A stretch of 64,000 nucleotides of DNA, taken from the NCBI GenBank assembly GCA_965140445.1, contig OZ223236.1:1056001-1120000 (forward strand), written 5' to 3'. Below, piece after piece: positions 55,508 through 64,000 of the stretch; positions within the stretch are counted from its first letter, which is position 1; each line of letters opens with the position of its first letter. Origin of the DNA: Candidatus Ozemobacteraceae bacterium (GTDB taxonomy: Bacteria; Muiribacteriota; Ozemobacteria; Ozemobacterales; Ozemobacteraceae). The notes beneath the pieces are model-generated. The model was not told the origin of the DNA. It did not search any database and saw only the letters and a list, made by a program, of their open reading frames with translations. Made by a program: the position numbers and the translations under genes.

Positions 55508-56824
55508 ATGAAAATTGGAATAGTTGGAACGGGATACGTTGGATTAGTTACAGGAACCTGTTTTGCAGAGTCTGGAAACGATGTTATTTGTGTTGACACA
55601 GATAAGAATAAAATAGATGGTCTTAAAAATGGTGTAATCCCAATATATGAACCTGGCCTTGAAGACCTGGTTAAAAGAAATACCGCAGAAGAACGCTTGA
55701 CCTTCACAACAGAATTGAAGGAAGCCGTAGATAGTTGTTTGATTCTTTTTATTGCAGTTGGTACTCCTCCAGACGAAGATGGTTCAGCAGATTTAAAACA
55801 TGTGCTGGCAGTTGCCAGAGGAATTGGCCAGACGATGAATGAATATCGTGTGATTGTTGACAAATCAACCGTTCCTGTGGGAACTGGCGAAAAAGTTCGT
55901 AAAGCAATCCAGGAAGAATTGGATAAACGTCAGGTAAATATCGAATTTGATATCGTAAGTAATCCTGAATTCCTCAAAGAAGGAAATGCTATTGACGATT
56001 TTATGAAGCCAGATCGCGTAGTTATTGGCTGCGGTGATGTTAGAACTGCAGAAATAATGAAAGAGCTTTATTCTCCATTTGTTAGAACTGGTAAACCCAT
56101 TCTAATAATGGACGTTGCCTCTGCAGAAATGACAAAATATACTGCTAACGCAATGCTTGCTACAAAGATTTCTTTCATGAACGATATAGCCAATCTTTGC
56201 GAAAAACTTGGGGCAGATATATCCCATGTCCGCCAGGGAATTGGCTCTGACAGCAGAATTGGCTATTCATTTATTTTCCCCGGTGCTGGATACGGTGGAT
56301 CATGTTTCCCTAAGGATGTACAGGCTCTTATAAGAACTGCATCTGAGAACAAACATGAATTGGAAATTCTTAAAGCTGTTGAAGCCGTAAACTATCGACA
56401 AAAAGAAGTTCTTTTTGCAAAATTGCAAAAGAAATTCGGAGATGATTTAAAAAATAAAACTATTGCAATATGGGGGTTGTCTTTCAAACCCAATACTGAC
56501 GATATGCGAGAAGCGCCTGCTATAGTTCTTATCGAAGCTTTATTGAAAATTGGCGCAAAAGTCAAAGCTTATGACCCGGAAGCCATGAAAGAAGCAAAGC
56601 ATATTTTTGGCGATAGAATTGAATTTGGTAAAAAATCCTATGAGGTTGTTGAAGGTGCTGACGCTGTAGTTATTGTAACTGAATGGAATGAATTCAGACG
56701 CCCAGACCTTGAAAAAGTTAAAAAGCTCTTGAAAGAGCCTGTAATAATTGATGGAAGAAATATTTTTGACCCTGAAAAAATGAGAGCACAAGGGTTCTAT
56801 TACGATTCGATTGGGAGGAAATAA
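55508..56824 (+). CDS. ugd: UDP-glucose 6-dehydrogenase
   Basis: 'GTGYVGL', 'KSTVPVGT', 'SNPEFLKEG', '[10 protein letters not shown]', '[10 protein letters not shown]'. Confidence 0.95.
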   Translation: MKIGIVGTGYVGLVTGTCFAESGNDVICVDTDKNKIDGLKNGVIPIYEPGLEDLVKRNTAEERLTFTTELKEAVDSCLILFIAVGTPPDEDGSADLKHVLAVARGIGQTMNEYRVIVDKSTVPVGTGEKVRKAIQEELDKRQVNIEFDIVSNPEFLKEGNAIDDFMKPDRVVIGCGDVRTAEIMKELYSPFVRTGKPILIMDVASAEMTKYTANAMLATKISFMNDIANLCEKLGADISHVRQGIGSDSRIGYSFIFPGAGYGGSCFPKDVQALIRTASENKHELEILKAVEAVNYRQKEVLFAKLQKKFGDDLKNKTIAIWGLSFKPNTDDMREAPAIVLIEALLKIGAKVKAYDPEAMKEAKHIFGDRIEFGKKSYEVVEGADAVVIVTEWNEFRRPDLEKVKKLLKEPVIIDGRNIFDPEKMRAQGFYYDSIGRK

Positions 56825-57840
56825 TGAAATTGGTTTTGCCTGTAGCTGGTAAAGGAACCCGGCTACGACCGCATACCTTCAGTAAACCGAAATCTCTGGT
56901 TCGGGTAGCCGGAAAGACTGTTTTAATGCATGTATTAGACAGCCTGAAGGTTCTTGATATTGATGAATACATAATTATAACTGACGAAAATGGTCATATT
57001 ATCAAGGCTTACATTGATAAGCATTATCCGGAAATTAATGCTACCTATATCCCGCAGCTTGAACTTCTTGGGCCAGCTCATGCCGTATCATTGGCAGCTC
57101 CAAGAATAAAAGACGGCGATGATGTGTTGGTTGTATTTAATGACACTCTTTTTGTTACAGATCTAAAGCAGATCCCAGAGATTTGCAAAAATCTTGACGG
57201 CCTTATTTACTCTAAGGAAGTAAAAGATTATCAGCGCTTTGGAGTTAACGTAATGAAAGATGGTGTAATCGTTGATATGGTTGAAAAACCGGATAAACCG
57301 ATTAGCCGTCTTGCTCAGGTTGGGCTTTACTATCTTAAAGATGGTAACAAGTTTATGAACTATATTCAGAAAGCTATAGATATGGATCTTCGGGTAAAGG
57401 GAGAATTCTATTTGCCCGATATTTTCAAGCTGATGCTTAAAGATGGTTTTAAGCTTGGAGCTCCGGAAATTAATGAATGGTTGGATTGTGGCAAACCAGA
57501 AACTTTACTGCAGACCAACCGATTTCTGCTGCAACGCTATAAAGAAGAAATTCCCAAGGTTGATAATAGCGTAATCATTCCGCCAGTCCATATCCATCCG
57601 ACTGCTGTTATAAAAAACTCTGTCATTGGCCCCTATGTGTCAATCGCAGAAGGATGCGAAATTGTTAGCTCTATAATTAGAGATTCTGTTGTCAATCCTA
57701 ATTCCTGTCTTATTAACTCTATGCTGGCTGAATCGATCGTTGGTGATTCGGCACAATTTAGAGGGCATACTTCGAGGATTAATATTGGCGACAATAGTGT
57801 TATCGACTTCGACAACGAAAAAAGTCTTTTCGAAGGCTAA
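56824..57840 (+). CDS. Sugar-1-phosphate nucleotidyltransferase (long-form glucose-1-P thymidylyltransferase-like)
   Basis: 'PVAGKGTRLRPHT.SKPK', 'VEKP', 'WLDCGK', C-terminal hexapeptide repeats. Confidence 0.9.
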   Translation: MKLVLPVAGKGTRLRPHTFSKPKSLVRVAGKTVLMHVLDSLKVLDIDEYIIITDENGHIIKAYIDKHYPEINATYIPQLELLGPAHAVSLAAPRIKDGDDVLVVFNDTLFVTDLKQIPEICKNLDGLIYSKEVKDYQRFGVNVMKDGVIVDMVEKPDKPISRLAQVGLYYLKDGNKFMNYIQKAIDMDLRVKGEFYLPDIFKLMLKDGFKLGAPEINEWLDCGKPETLLQTNRFLLQRYKEEIPKVDNSVIIPPVHIHPTAVIKNSVIGPYVSIAEGCEIVSSIIRDSVVNPNSCLINSMLAESIVGDSAQFRGHTSRINIGDNSVIDFDNEKSLFEG

Positions 57841-57857
57841 GTAAATTTTGTTATTTT

Positions 57858-57887
57858 CCAGCTGCAGGAGTAGAATCCTGCAGCTGG
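57858..57887. other. Intergenic 12-bp perfect hairpin without a U-tract
   Basis: CCAGCTGCAGGA-GTAGAA-TCCTGCAGCTGG. Confidence 0.6.
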
Positions 57888-57905
57888 TCTATGTACGAGG
57901 AATAA

Positions 57906-58910
57906 ATGACTGACAATAGAGAAAGAGTTCTTGTTACAGGGGGGGCTGGATACATCGGCAGCCACGCTTGCAAAGAACTTTGGCAAAGCGGTTATGAGCC
58001 AGTGGTTTTTGATTCACTCGAAAACGGTTTCGCCCATAACGTAAAATGGGGAAAATTGATCAAAGGCGACTTGAGAAATTACTCTGACATTAATAATGCT
58101 ATAAGCGAAATAAAGCCTTATGCTGTAATTCATTTTGCTGCATATGCCTATGTCGGAGAATCGGTTTTACTTCCACAAAAATATTATGAAAATAATGTTG
58201 TTGGGAGCTATAACCTTTTAAAAGCGATGACAGAAAATTCTGTTTCAAGGCTTGTTTTTAGCTCTAGTTGTGCAACTTATGGTATTCCTGATTCCAAAAT
58301 TATTACTGAGAAAATGCCCCAAAGCCCCGTTAATCCTTACGGTAATACAAAATTAATCATGGAAAAAATGATGAGAGATTTCTCTCAAGCTACAGATTTA
58401 AAGTTTATGGCTTTACGCTATTTCAATGCGGCAGGCGCATCTCCAGATGGAGAAATAGGGGAAGAGCACGACCCTGAAACTCATTTAATTCCTTTGATTT
58501 TAAAAGTTGCTGCAGGGGAATTGGAATTTTTAACTATTTTCGGTGAAGATTACGAAACATACGATGGAACTTGTATTCGTGACTATATACATGTTTCGGA
58601 TCTTGCTCAAGCTCATATTGGTGCTTTAAAATATTTGGATAAAACGAGCTCGCCAGATAAGGTAACGGCTCTGAATCTTGGAAATGGAAATGGCTATTCC
58701 ATTAAAGAAGTTGTTGCTTCTGTTGAGAGAGTAACAGGGAAAAAAATACCTTGTAAAATTGGCAATAGAAGGGCTGGAGATCCACCAATTCTGGTTGGCT
58801 CTTCTGATCTGGCAAAGAGTGTAATCGAATGGAAGCCGCGATATACTGAAATTGATACAATAGTCGAGCACGCCTGGAATTTTTGCTTAAAGGCAAAATT
58901 CAATAATTAA
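57906..58910 (+). CDS. galE: UDP-glucose 4-epimerase
   Basis: 'VTGGAGYIGSH', 'HFAA', 'YGNTK', 'LRYFNAAGA', 'DGTCIRDYIHV'. Confidence 0.95.
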   Translation: MTDNRERVLVTGGAGYIGSHACKELWQSGYEPVVFDSLENGFAHNVKWGKLIKGDLRNYSDINNAISEIKPYAVIHFAAYAYVGESVLLPQKYYENNVVGSYNLLKAMTENSVSRLVFSSSCATYGIPDSKIITEKMPQSPVNPYGNTKLIMEKMMRDFSQATDLKFMALRYFNAAGASPDGEIGEEHDPETHLIPLILKVAAGELEFLTIFGEDYETYDGTCIRDYIHVSDLAQAHIGALKYLDKTSSPDKVTALNLGNGNGYSIKEVVASVERVTGKKIPCKIGNRRAGDPPILVGSSDLAKSVIEWKPRYTEIDTIVEHAWNFCLKAKFNN

Positions 58911-58921
58911 GGAGAATTGAG

Positions 58922-59902
58922 ATGCTTAGAGGGAAAACAATATTGGTCACTGGTGGAACAGGATCTTTCGGTAAGGCTTTTGTAAAGCTTGCTTTAAAAG
59001 AGTTTGAGCCGGAAAAGATTATAATTTACTCCCGGGACGAATTTAAACAGTATGAAATGGCCAAAAAATTTACCTCTGATAAGCTTCGATTTTTTATTGG
59101 TGATGTGAGAGATCCAAACCGGCTTAAAAGGGCTTTAAATAATGTTGATATAGTCGTGCATGCTGCGGCTATGAAGCATGTTACAGCGTCAGAATATAAT
59201 CCCTTCGAAGCAGTGCAAACCAATATTATGGGTGCTCAAAATCTCGTTAATGCAGCTATTGATCTTGGTGTTAAACGTGTAATTGCATTAAGCACAGATA
59301 AAGCGTGCAATCCTGTGAATCTATATGGAGCCACCAAGCTTTGTTCTGATAAACTTTTTATTGCCGCAAATGCATATGTAGGTAAGCAGCCAACCAGATT
59401 TTCCGTTGTCAGATATGGCAATGTTATCGGTAGCCGGGGAAGCGTGATTCCACTTTTCAAAGAATTGGCCGCTTCCGGCAAACTTCCCATAACGGATGAG
59501 CGCATGACTCGCTTTTGGATCACACTTCCTGCAGCTGTAAGGTTTGTTGTGGATTCAATAAAAATAATGCAGGGCGGAGAGCTTTTTATTCCAAAGATTC
59601 CGAGTATGAAAATTTCTGATCTGGCAGAGGCAATTGCACCTGGATGCAGCAAACCTGTTATTGGCATTAGGCCTGGTGAAAAACTCCATGAAATGATGAT
59701 TTCCAGAGATGATTCGCGAAATCTTTTTGAAATGAAAGACAGATATATTAAAATGCCAGATTTCCCATTTTGGAAGGTTTCAAAGCCAAAGGGAGCAAAG
59801 GTTGTTAAAGAAGGGTTTGAATACTCAAGCGATACCAATAACGACTGGTTAAATGTTAATGATTTACGTGAACTGTTAGACCAGGAGGGGGTTATCGAGT
59901 GA
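58922..59902 (+). CDS. pseB: UDP-GlcNAc 4,6-dehydratase (inverting)
   Basis: 'TGGTGSFG', 'SRDEFKQ', 'EYNPFE', 'LSTDKA.NPVNLYGATKL.SDKLF', 'RYGNVIGSRGSV', 'GIRPGEKLHE'. Confidence 0.93.
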   Translation: MLRGKTILVTGGTGSFGKAFVKLALKEFEPEKIIIYSRDEFKQYEMAKKFTSDKLRFFIGDVRDPNRLKRALNNVDIVVHAAAMKHVTASEYNPFEAVQTNIMGAQNLVNAAIDLGVKRVIALSTDKACNPVNLYGATKLCSDKLFIAANAYVGKQPTRFSVVRYGNVIGSRGSVIPLFKELAASGKLPITDERMTRFWITLPAAVRFVVDSIKIMQGGELFIPKIPSMKISDLAEAIAPGCSKPVIGIRPGEKLHEMMISRDDSRNLFEMKDRYIKMPDFPFWKVSKPKGAKVVKEGFEYSSDTNNDWLNVNDLRELLDQEGVIE

Positions 59903-61104
59903 AATTCCTCCCTTATGGCTGTCAGGACATAAATGAATCTGATATTGATTCAGTTGTTAAAGTTTTAAAATCGGATTTCTTAACCCAAGGCCCTGCTATC
60001 GGGCGCTTTGAGTCCATAATGTGCGAAAAAACCGGAGCAAGGTTCGCTACTGCATGCAGCAATGGCACGGCAGCTTTACATCTTGCTATGCTGGCTGCTG
60101 GTATTACCCATGGAGATCGAGTGCTCGTATCTCCAGTAACCTTTGTTGCCAGTGCAAATTGTGCAAGATATTGCGGGGCATCTGTAGAATTTGCTGATAT
60201 TGATTCAGATAGCTGCAATATTTCTCCGGCAGAATGCCGGCTTATTCTTGCAAAGGCTCGCGAGGAAGGTCGTCCATTTCGAGCTATTGTCACCGTGGAT
60301 CTTGCAGGAAAACCCTGTGACATGGAAGCTTTTGCAGAAATAAAGAAGGAATTTAATCTGGTATGGATTCAGGATGCCTGTCATTCCATTGGAGCTACCT
60401 GGCGCGATAGATCCGGTAAGTCCTGGAAAACTGGCGAATGGAATGTTCCAGATATGACAGTTTACAGCTTTCACCCTGTTAAGCATATAACTACTGGAGA
60501 AGGGGGAATGATAACGACTCATTCCGAAAAACTTTCCAGAGACTTGAAGCTTTTCAGGACACATGGGATTACTAAGGAAAATGATAAGTTTATTTTTCCT
60601 GAAGAGGCTTTCTCAGACGGATCAGAGCCAAATCCCTGGTATTATGAAATGCAGGTTCTCGGATATAATTACCGACTTTCTGATTTCCAGGCAGCTCTTG
60701 GAACCTCCCAACTTGAAAGATTAGATTCATATGTGAAACGTCGACAGGAAATTGCCAGGCTCTATGATGCTGGCTTCAAAGGAGAGAGATTAATAAAAAC
60801 TCCATTTATTTCAAGTGAGTTTTTAAGTTCCTACCATCTGTACGTTCTTAGAATCGACTTTGCAGGAGCGGGAAAAAATAGAGCCAAAGTTATGCGAGAA
60901 CTGCGAGAAAAAGGGATTGGGACACAGGTTCATTATATTCCAGTTCCAATGATGCCTTACTACGCCGGAACCAGCTCTATGCGAGAACTACCCAATTCGT
61001 TAGCCTATTACCGGGAAGCCCTTTCTATTCCATGCTACCCCAGGCTGAATGATGAAGATATAGAACGGGTTGTTTGTTCTGTAAAGGATGTAGTCAATGG
61101 CTGA
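59899..61104 (+). CDS. pseC: UDP-4-amino-4,6-dideoxy-AltNAc transaminase
   Basis: 'LPYG.Q.I', 'SDFLTQGP', 'SFHPVKHITTGEGG', 'GIGTQVHYIP'. Confidence 0.92.
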   Translation: MKFLPYGCQDINESDIDSVVKVLKSDFLTQGPAIGRFESIMCEKTGARFATACSNGTAALHLAMLAAGITHGDRVLVSPVTFVASANCARYCGASVEFADIDSDSCNISPAECRLILAKAREEGRPFRAIVTVDLAGKPCDMEAFAEIKKEFNLVWIQDACHSIGATWRDRSGKSWKTGEWNVPDMTVYSFHPVKHITTGEGGMITTHSEKLSRDLKLFRTHGITKENDKFIFPEEAFSDGSEPNPWYYEMQVLGYNYRLSDFQAALGTSQLERLDSYVKRRQEIARLYDAGFKGERLIKTPFISSEFLSSYHLYVLRIDFAGAGKNRAKVMRELREKGIGTQVHYIPVPMMPYYAGTSSMRELPNSLAYYREALSIPCYPRLNDEDIERVVCSVKDVVNG

Positions 61105-61867
61105 CATTGTTAAAAATCAGGTCATTATTCAGGCAAGAATGGGCTCAACCAGATTGCCCGGAAAAGTTCTTATGGAGGTTGGCGGCGATTCGGTGCTGGG
61201 GCATGTTGTGAGAAGATCTGCATCTGCTTCATTCGTTAATCGTGTAGTGGTTGCTACAAGCGAGCTTGCTCAGGACGATCTGATTGAACAATGGTGCAAG
61301 AATCGTGGGGTAAATTGTTTTCGAGGTAGTTCAGAGGATGTTCTGGTTAGATATGTGGATGCTTTGTCCGAATTTCCCTCTGAGAGAATTATAAGAATTA
61401 CAGCGGACTGCCCACTTGTAGATCCTGGAATTATAGATTCAATGATTCGTCTTCATCAGAACAATCAGTTGGATTACGCTTCAAATGTAATTAAGCGAAC
61501 TTTTCCAGTGGGTTTTGATACTGAGGTTGTTTCTTGCGATGCTTTAAAAAGAGTGAATAAGGAAGCTACTGAAAAGCATCATAGGGAGCACGTTACTCTT
61601 TATATCAGAGATAATGTTGAAAAATTTAAAACCCGCAATCTGGAATTTGGCCTTAGACTCCCTGAATTAAGATTAACTCTGGATCGTTCCGAAGATTTTG
61701 CAGCGATTAAAACTCTGGCCAGTTATTTGGAAGGCGGAATAAAACTGCATTCTATCTATAAATTTGTTCAAATTCTTTGTGACCATCCTGAAATTATTGA
61801 AATTAATAATTCCGCTGATTTAGAGCCCATGACCAGGGTATTGGCAGAATATAGTAAGAAATTTTAA
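61097..61867 (+). CDS. Acylneuraminate cytidylyltransferase (SpsF/PseF-like)
   Basis: 'IIQARMGSTRLPGKVL', 'RGS.EDVL.RY', 'RITADCP', 'REHVT', 'RLTLD'. Confidence 0.9.
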   Translation: MADIVKNQVIIQARMGSTRLPGKVLMEVGGDSVLGHVVRRSASASFVNRVVVATSELAQDDLIEQWCKNRGVNCFRGSSEDVLVRYVDALSEFPSERIIRITADCPLVDPGIIDSMIRLHQNNQLDYASNVIKRTFPVGFDTEVVSCDALKRVNKEATEKHHREHVTLYIRDNVEKFKTRNLEFGLRLPELRLTLDRSEDFAAIKTLASYLEGGIKLHSIYKFVQILCDHPEIIEINNSADLEPMTRVLAEYSKKF

Positions 61868-63123
61868 TGACGATAAAACTTGGCAAAAAAGGGCTTATTT
61901 GCACAAGAACAGCACTCTTTCGGATGGATGCTGGGCCTGGCATTGGAATGGGGCATTATATGAGATGCCGGACAATTGCTCTTGAGCTGATTAAACAAAA
62001 TTGGATAGTTTACTTTGCTGGTTACGGACTTCCTGCTTCAAATACTCCATACAGAGCACATGGGAACAAAATAAATTACATAAATTTAGAATCAGAAGAA
62101 TTGGGAAGCAGGGAAATGCATTGCTTCATGGCTTTGATTGGTAATAGATTTGCTTTTAAAGTCGATCTTGTCGTAGTTGATTCGTATTATTTTTCAAGAG
62201 ACGATTTCGCCAACCTTTTGCGTTTTATGCAAGAAACTCCGATCATGGTAATTGATGATCTTGCGACCCGGGATACTCCAGCAAACATTGTTGTAAATCC
62301 AAATCCACTATTTGATCCACACCCTTACAAGAGACAGTCCATTCCAAACATTCTGTGTGGATCGGACTATACAATCATCAGGCCAGAAATCAGAGCTCTT
62401 CGCGAACGAAGGTATGATCCCGATGGATATCTAATGGTTACTTTGGGTGGTGGAGACGTTTCTGGGCCGTTAATAAAAATTCTTGAGGCCATTCCTGAAG
62501 ATTTTCCTAAAAGGATTTGTGTTTCTGTTTCACCAAGCTGCAACTTGAATGAAATTGAAAAGTGGGTTGCTAAAAAGCCGGATATGAGATTCATCAATGA
62601 TGACTCGGACAGCTTTCCAGATTTATTGGCTGCTTCTTCTATAGCAATTACGGGAGGGGGCACAACCTTATGGGAGACATACTGTCTGGGGATTCCATGT
62701 TTGACAGTGGTTTGGGTTGATAATCAAAGCCATACAACTAATATTATTAAAGAGCAGGCGACCGGATTCTTGCTGGACATAATTTCTCATATAAATGTTG
62801 AATTTAAATCAGAAACACTGGAAAACGGTATTAAAGCTCTTGAAAGCTCAAGAGGCTCATCGCATAGTTTTAGAAGTTCTCATGAGGAAGGCTCACGGAT
62901 TTCAGAAATAGTAACCAGAAGACAAACAGGACTTATTACCGATAGAATTGAAAGCATTGATACAGATTTTATTAGTAACGCTATTGCGAAATTATCTGAG
63001 AACTCTGATTTTTTGAACGAGATGGTAGCCAGGCAAAGGCAACTGATTGATGGAGCCGGTGTCGATAGAATTATTGATGCTATTGAGCACATGAATAAAG
63101 ATGATGTGCCACTTTTTTTCTAG
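61867..63123 (+). CDS. pseG: PseG/SpsG-like UDP-sugar hydrolase
   Basis: 'FRMDAG..IGMGHYMRC', 'VVDSY', 'IDD', 'TLGGGD', 'GGGTTLWE', 'DNQ'. Confidence 0.8.
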   Translation: MTIKLGKKGLICTRTALFRMDAGPGIGMGHYMRCRTIALELIKQNWIVYFAGYGLPASNTPYRAHGNKINYINLESEELGSREMHCFMALIGNRFAFKVDLVVVDSYYFSRDDFANLLRFMQETPIMVIDDLATRDTPANIVVNPNPLFDPHPYKRQSIPNILCGSDYTIIRPEIRALRERRYDPDGYLMVTLGGGDVSGPLIKILEAIPEDFPKRICVSVSPSCNLNEIEKWVAKKPDMRFINDDSDSFPDLLAASSIAITGGGTTLWETYCLGIPCLTVVWVDNQSHTTNIIKEQATGFLLDIISHINVEFKSETLENGIKALESSRGSSHSFRSSHEEGSRISEIVTRRQTGLITDRIESIDTDFISNAIAKLSENSDFLNEMVARQRQLIDGAGVDRIIDAIEHMNKDDVPLFF

Positions 63124-63134
63124 GCGGAGGGAAA

Positions 63135-64000
63135 ATGAAAATTGGAAAATATATGATCGGCAAAAACCAACCCTGCTTCATTATTGCAGAAGCTGGTAGT
63201 AATCATAATCGAGACTTTGATACGGCACTAAAACTTGTAGATGCAGCTGTTGAGGCAGGAGCGGATGCGGTTAAATTTCAGATATTTTCTGCAGAGGCCA
63301 TATACTCAAAAAAAACGCCTATGGCAACTTATCTCAAAGACAAAAAGCTTGTTAAAGATGGTGAAACTCTTTGGGACATTATTAAGCGAATCGAGATTCC
63401 TAGGAATTGGACACCTGATTTAAAAAAATACTGTGATGAAAAAGGCATTATTTTTATGTCCACACCTTTTGATCTAAAAGCGGTTGAAGAGCTTGAAGAT
63501 GTAGGAGTGGAAGTTTATAAAGTTGCCAGCTTTGAAATAACCCATCTTCCAATGCTTGAAAAAATTGGAAAAACAGGAAAGCCAATAATTCTTTCGACCG
63601 GAATGGCTAATCTTGAAGACATTGAATGCGCTCTTGCTGCTGTTCGAAAAGGTGGAGATTCTGATGTTGCGCTTTTACATTGCGCCATTGCTTATCCACC
63701 CAAGTTGGAAAATGTAAATTTGAGAGCAATGGATACAATGGCACAGGCCTTTCAGTTGCCAGTTGGTTTTTCAGATCACACAATGGGCCATACCACAGAC
63801 GTAGCCGCGGTCGCGCGCGGAGCCTGTATAATAGAAAAGCACTTTACCCTTAGCCGAAATCAGGAAGGACCAGACCACCCATTCTCTCTTGAGCCTGGGG
63901 AATTAAAGGATATGATCGTAGCTATTCGCGACACTGAAAAGGTGCTTGGAAGTCCGGTTAAAACACATACTGAAGCTGAAAACGAGTTATACAAATTAGC
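63135..64000 (+). CDS. Nonulosonic acid synthase (PseI/NeuB/SpsE family), 3'-truncated; absent from the ORF track
   Basis: Manual translation MKIGKYMIGKNQPCFIIAEAGSNHN...GADAVKFQ; later STPFD, KVASFE, LSTGMA, GFSDHT, IEKHFT. Confidence 0.92.
   Translation, partial: MKIGKYMIGKNQPCFIIAEAGSNHNRDFDTALKLVDAAVEAGADAVKFQIFSAEAIYSKKTPMATYLKDKKLVKDGETLWDIIKRIEIPRNWTPDLKKYCDEKGIIFMSTPFDLKAVEELEDVGVEVYKVASFEITHLPMLEKIGKTGKPIILSTGMANLEDIECALAAVRKGGDSDVALLHCAIAYPPKLENVNLRAMDTMAQAFQLPVGFSDHTMGHTTDVAAVARGACIIEKHFTLSRNQEGPDHPFSLEPGELKDMIVAIRDTEKVLGSPVKTHTEAENELYKL

Noticed and set aside
440..63423. Numerous 60-200 aa ORFs antisense or out of frame within long genes (for example 851..1243, 16740..17123, 39486..39893, 59236..59838)
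   Set aside because: They overlap well-supported CDSs, have no recognisable motifs and are expected from codon bias.

Overview
AT-rich genomic window from a flagellated, probably diderm bacterium (an LptF/G permease is present). 1-6.8 kb: a 5'-truncated hypothetical protein, a small exported protein and a 1465-aa IPT/TIG + NHL-repeat lipoprotein. 7.2-35.6 kb: a tandem array of 11 large (about 730-760 aa) flagellin genes, interrupted once by an antisense SAM methyltransferase. 35.8-42.7 kb: a small ORF, then flaG, fliD, a hypothetical, a Maf-type glycosyltransferase, fliS and a YjfB-like gene. 42.8-50.5 kb: a candidate glycan-acylation module (DUF4910, three-domain radical SAM/SPASM protein, FkbH, ACP, MaoC, AAC(3)-family acyltransferase, methyltransferase). 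50.5-55.4 kb: mixed genes including a secreted Cys/Lys-repeat protein. 55.5-64 kb: ugd, an NDP-sugar nucleotidyltransferase, galE and a pseudaminic-acid-type pathway (pseB, pseC, PseF/SpsF-like, PseG-like, truncated PseI/NeuB-like). The most unusual signal lies in the non-coding spacers of the flagellin array. Most flagellin cistrons are bracketed by their own gene-specific, G-U-containing complementary arms (5' UTR pairing with the region at the stop codon, about 2.3 kb away). These arms sit alongside start-codon-less Shine-Dalgarno-like boxes, non-terminating hairpins and a twin GGA-loop (CsrA-type) leader. An orphan copy of that leader heads a structured candidate ncRNA. Together these suggest an RNA-level processing or stoichiometry system for the array. 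All base-pairing was identified by eye; no folding or database search was run.
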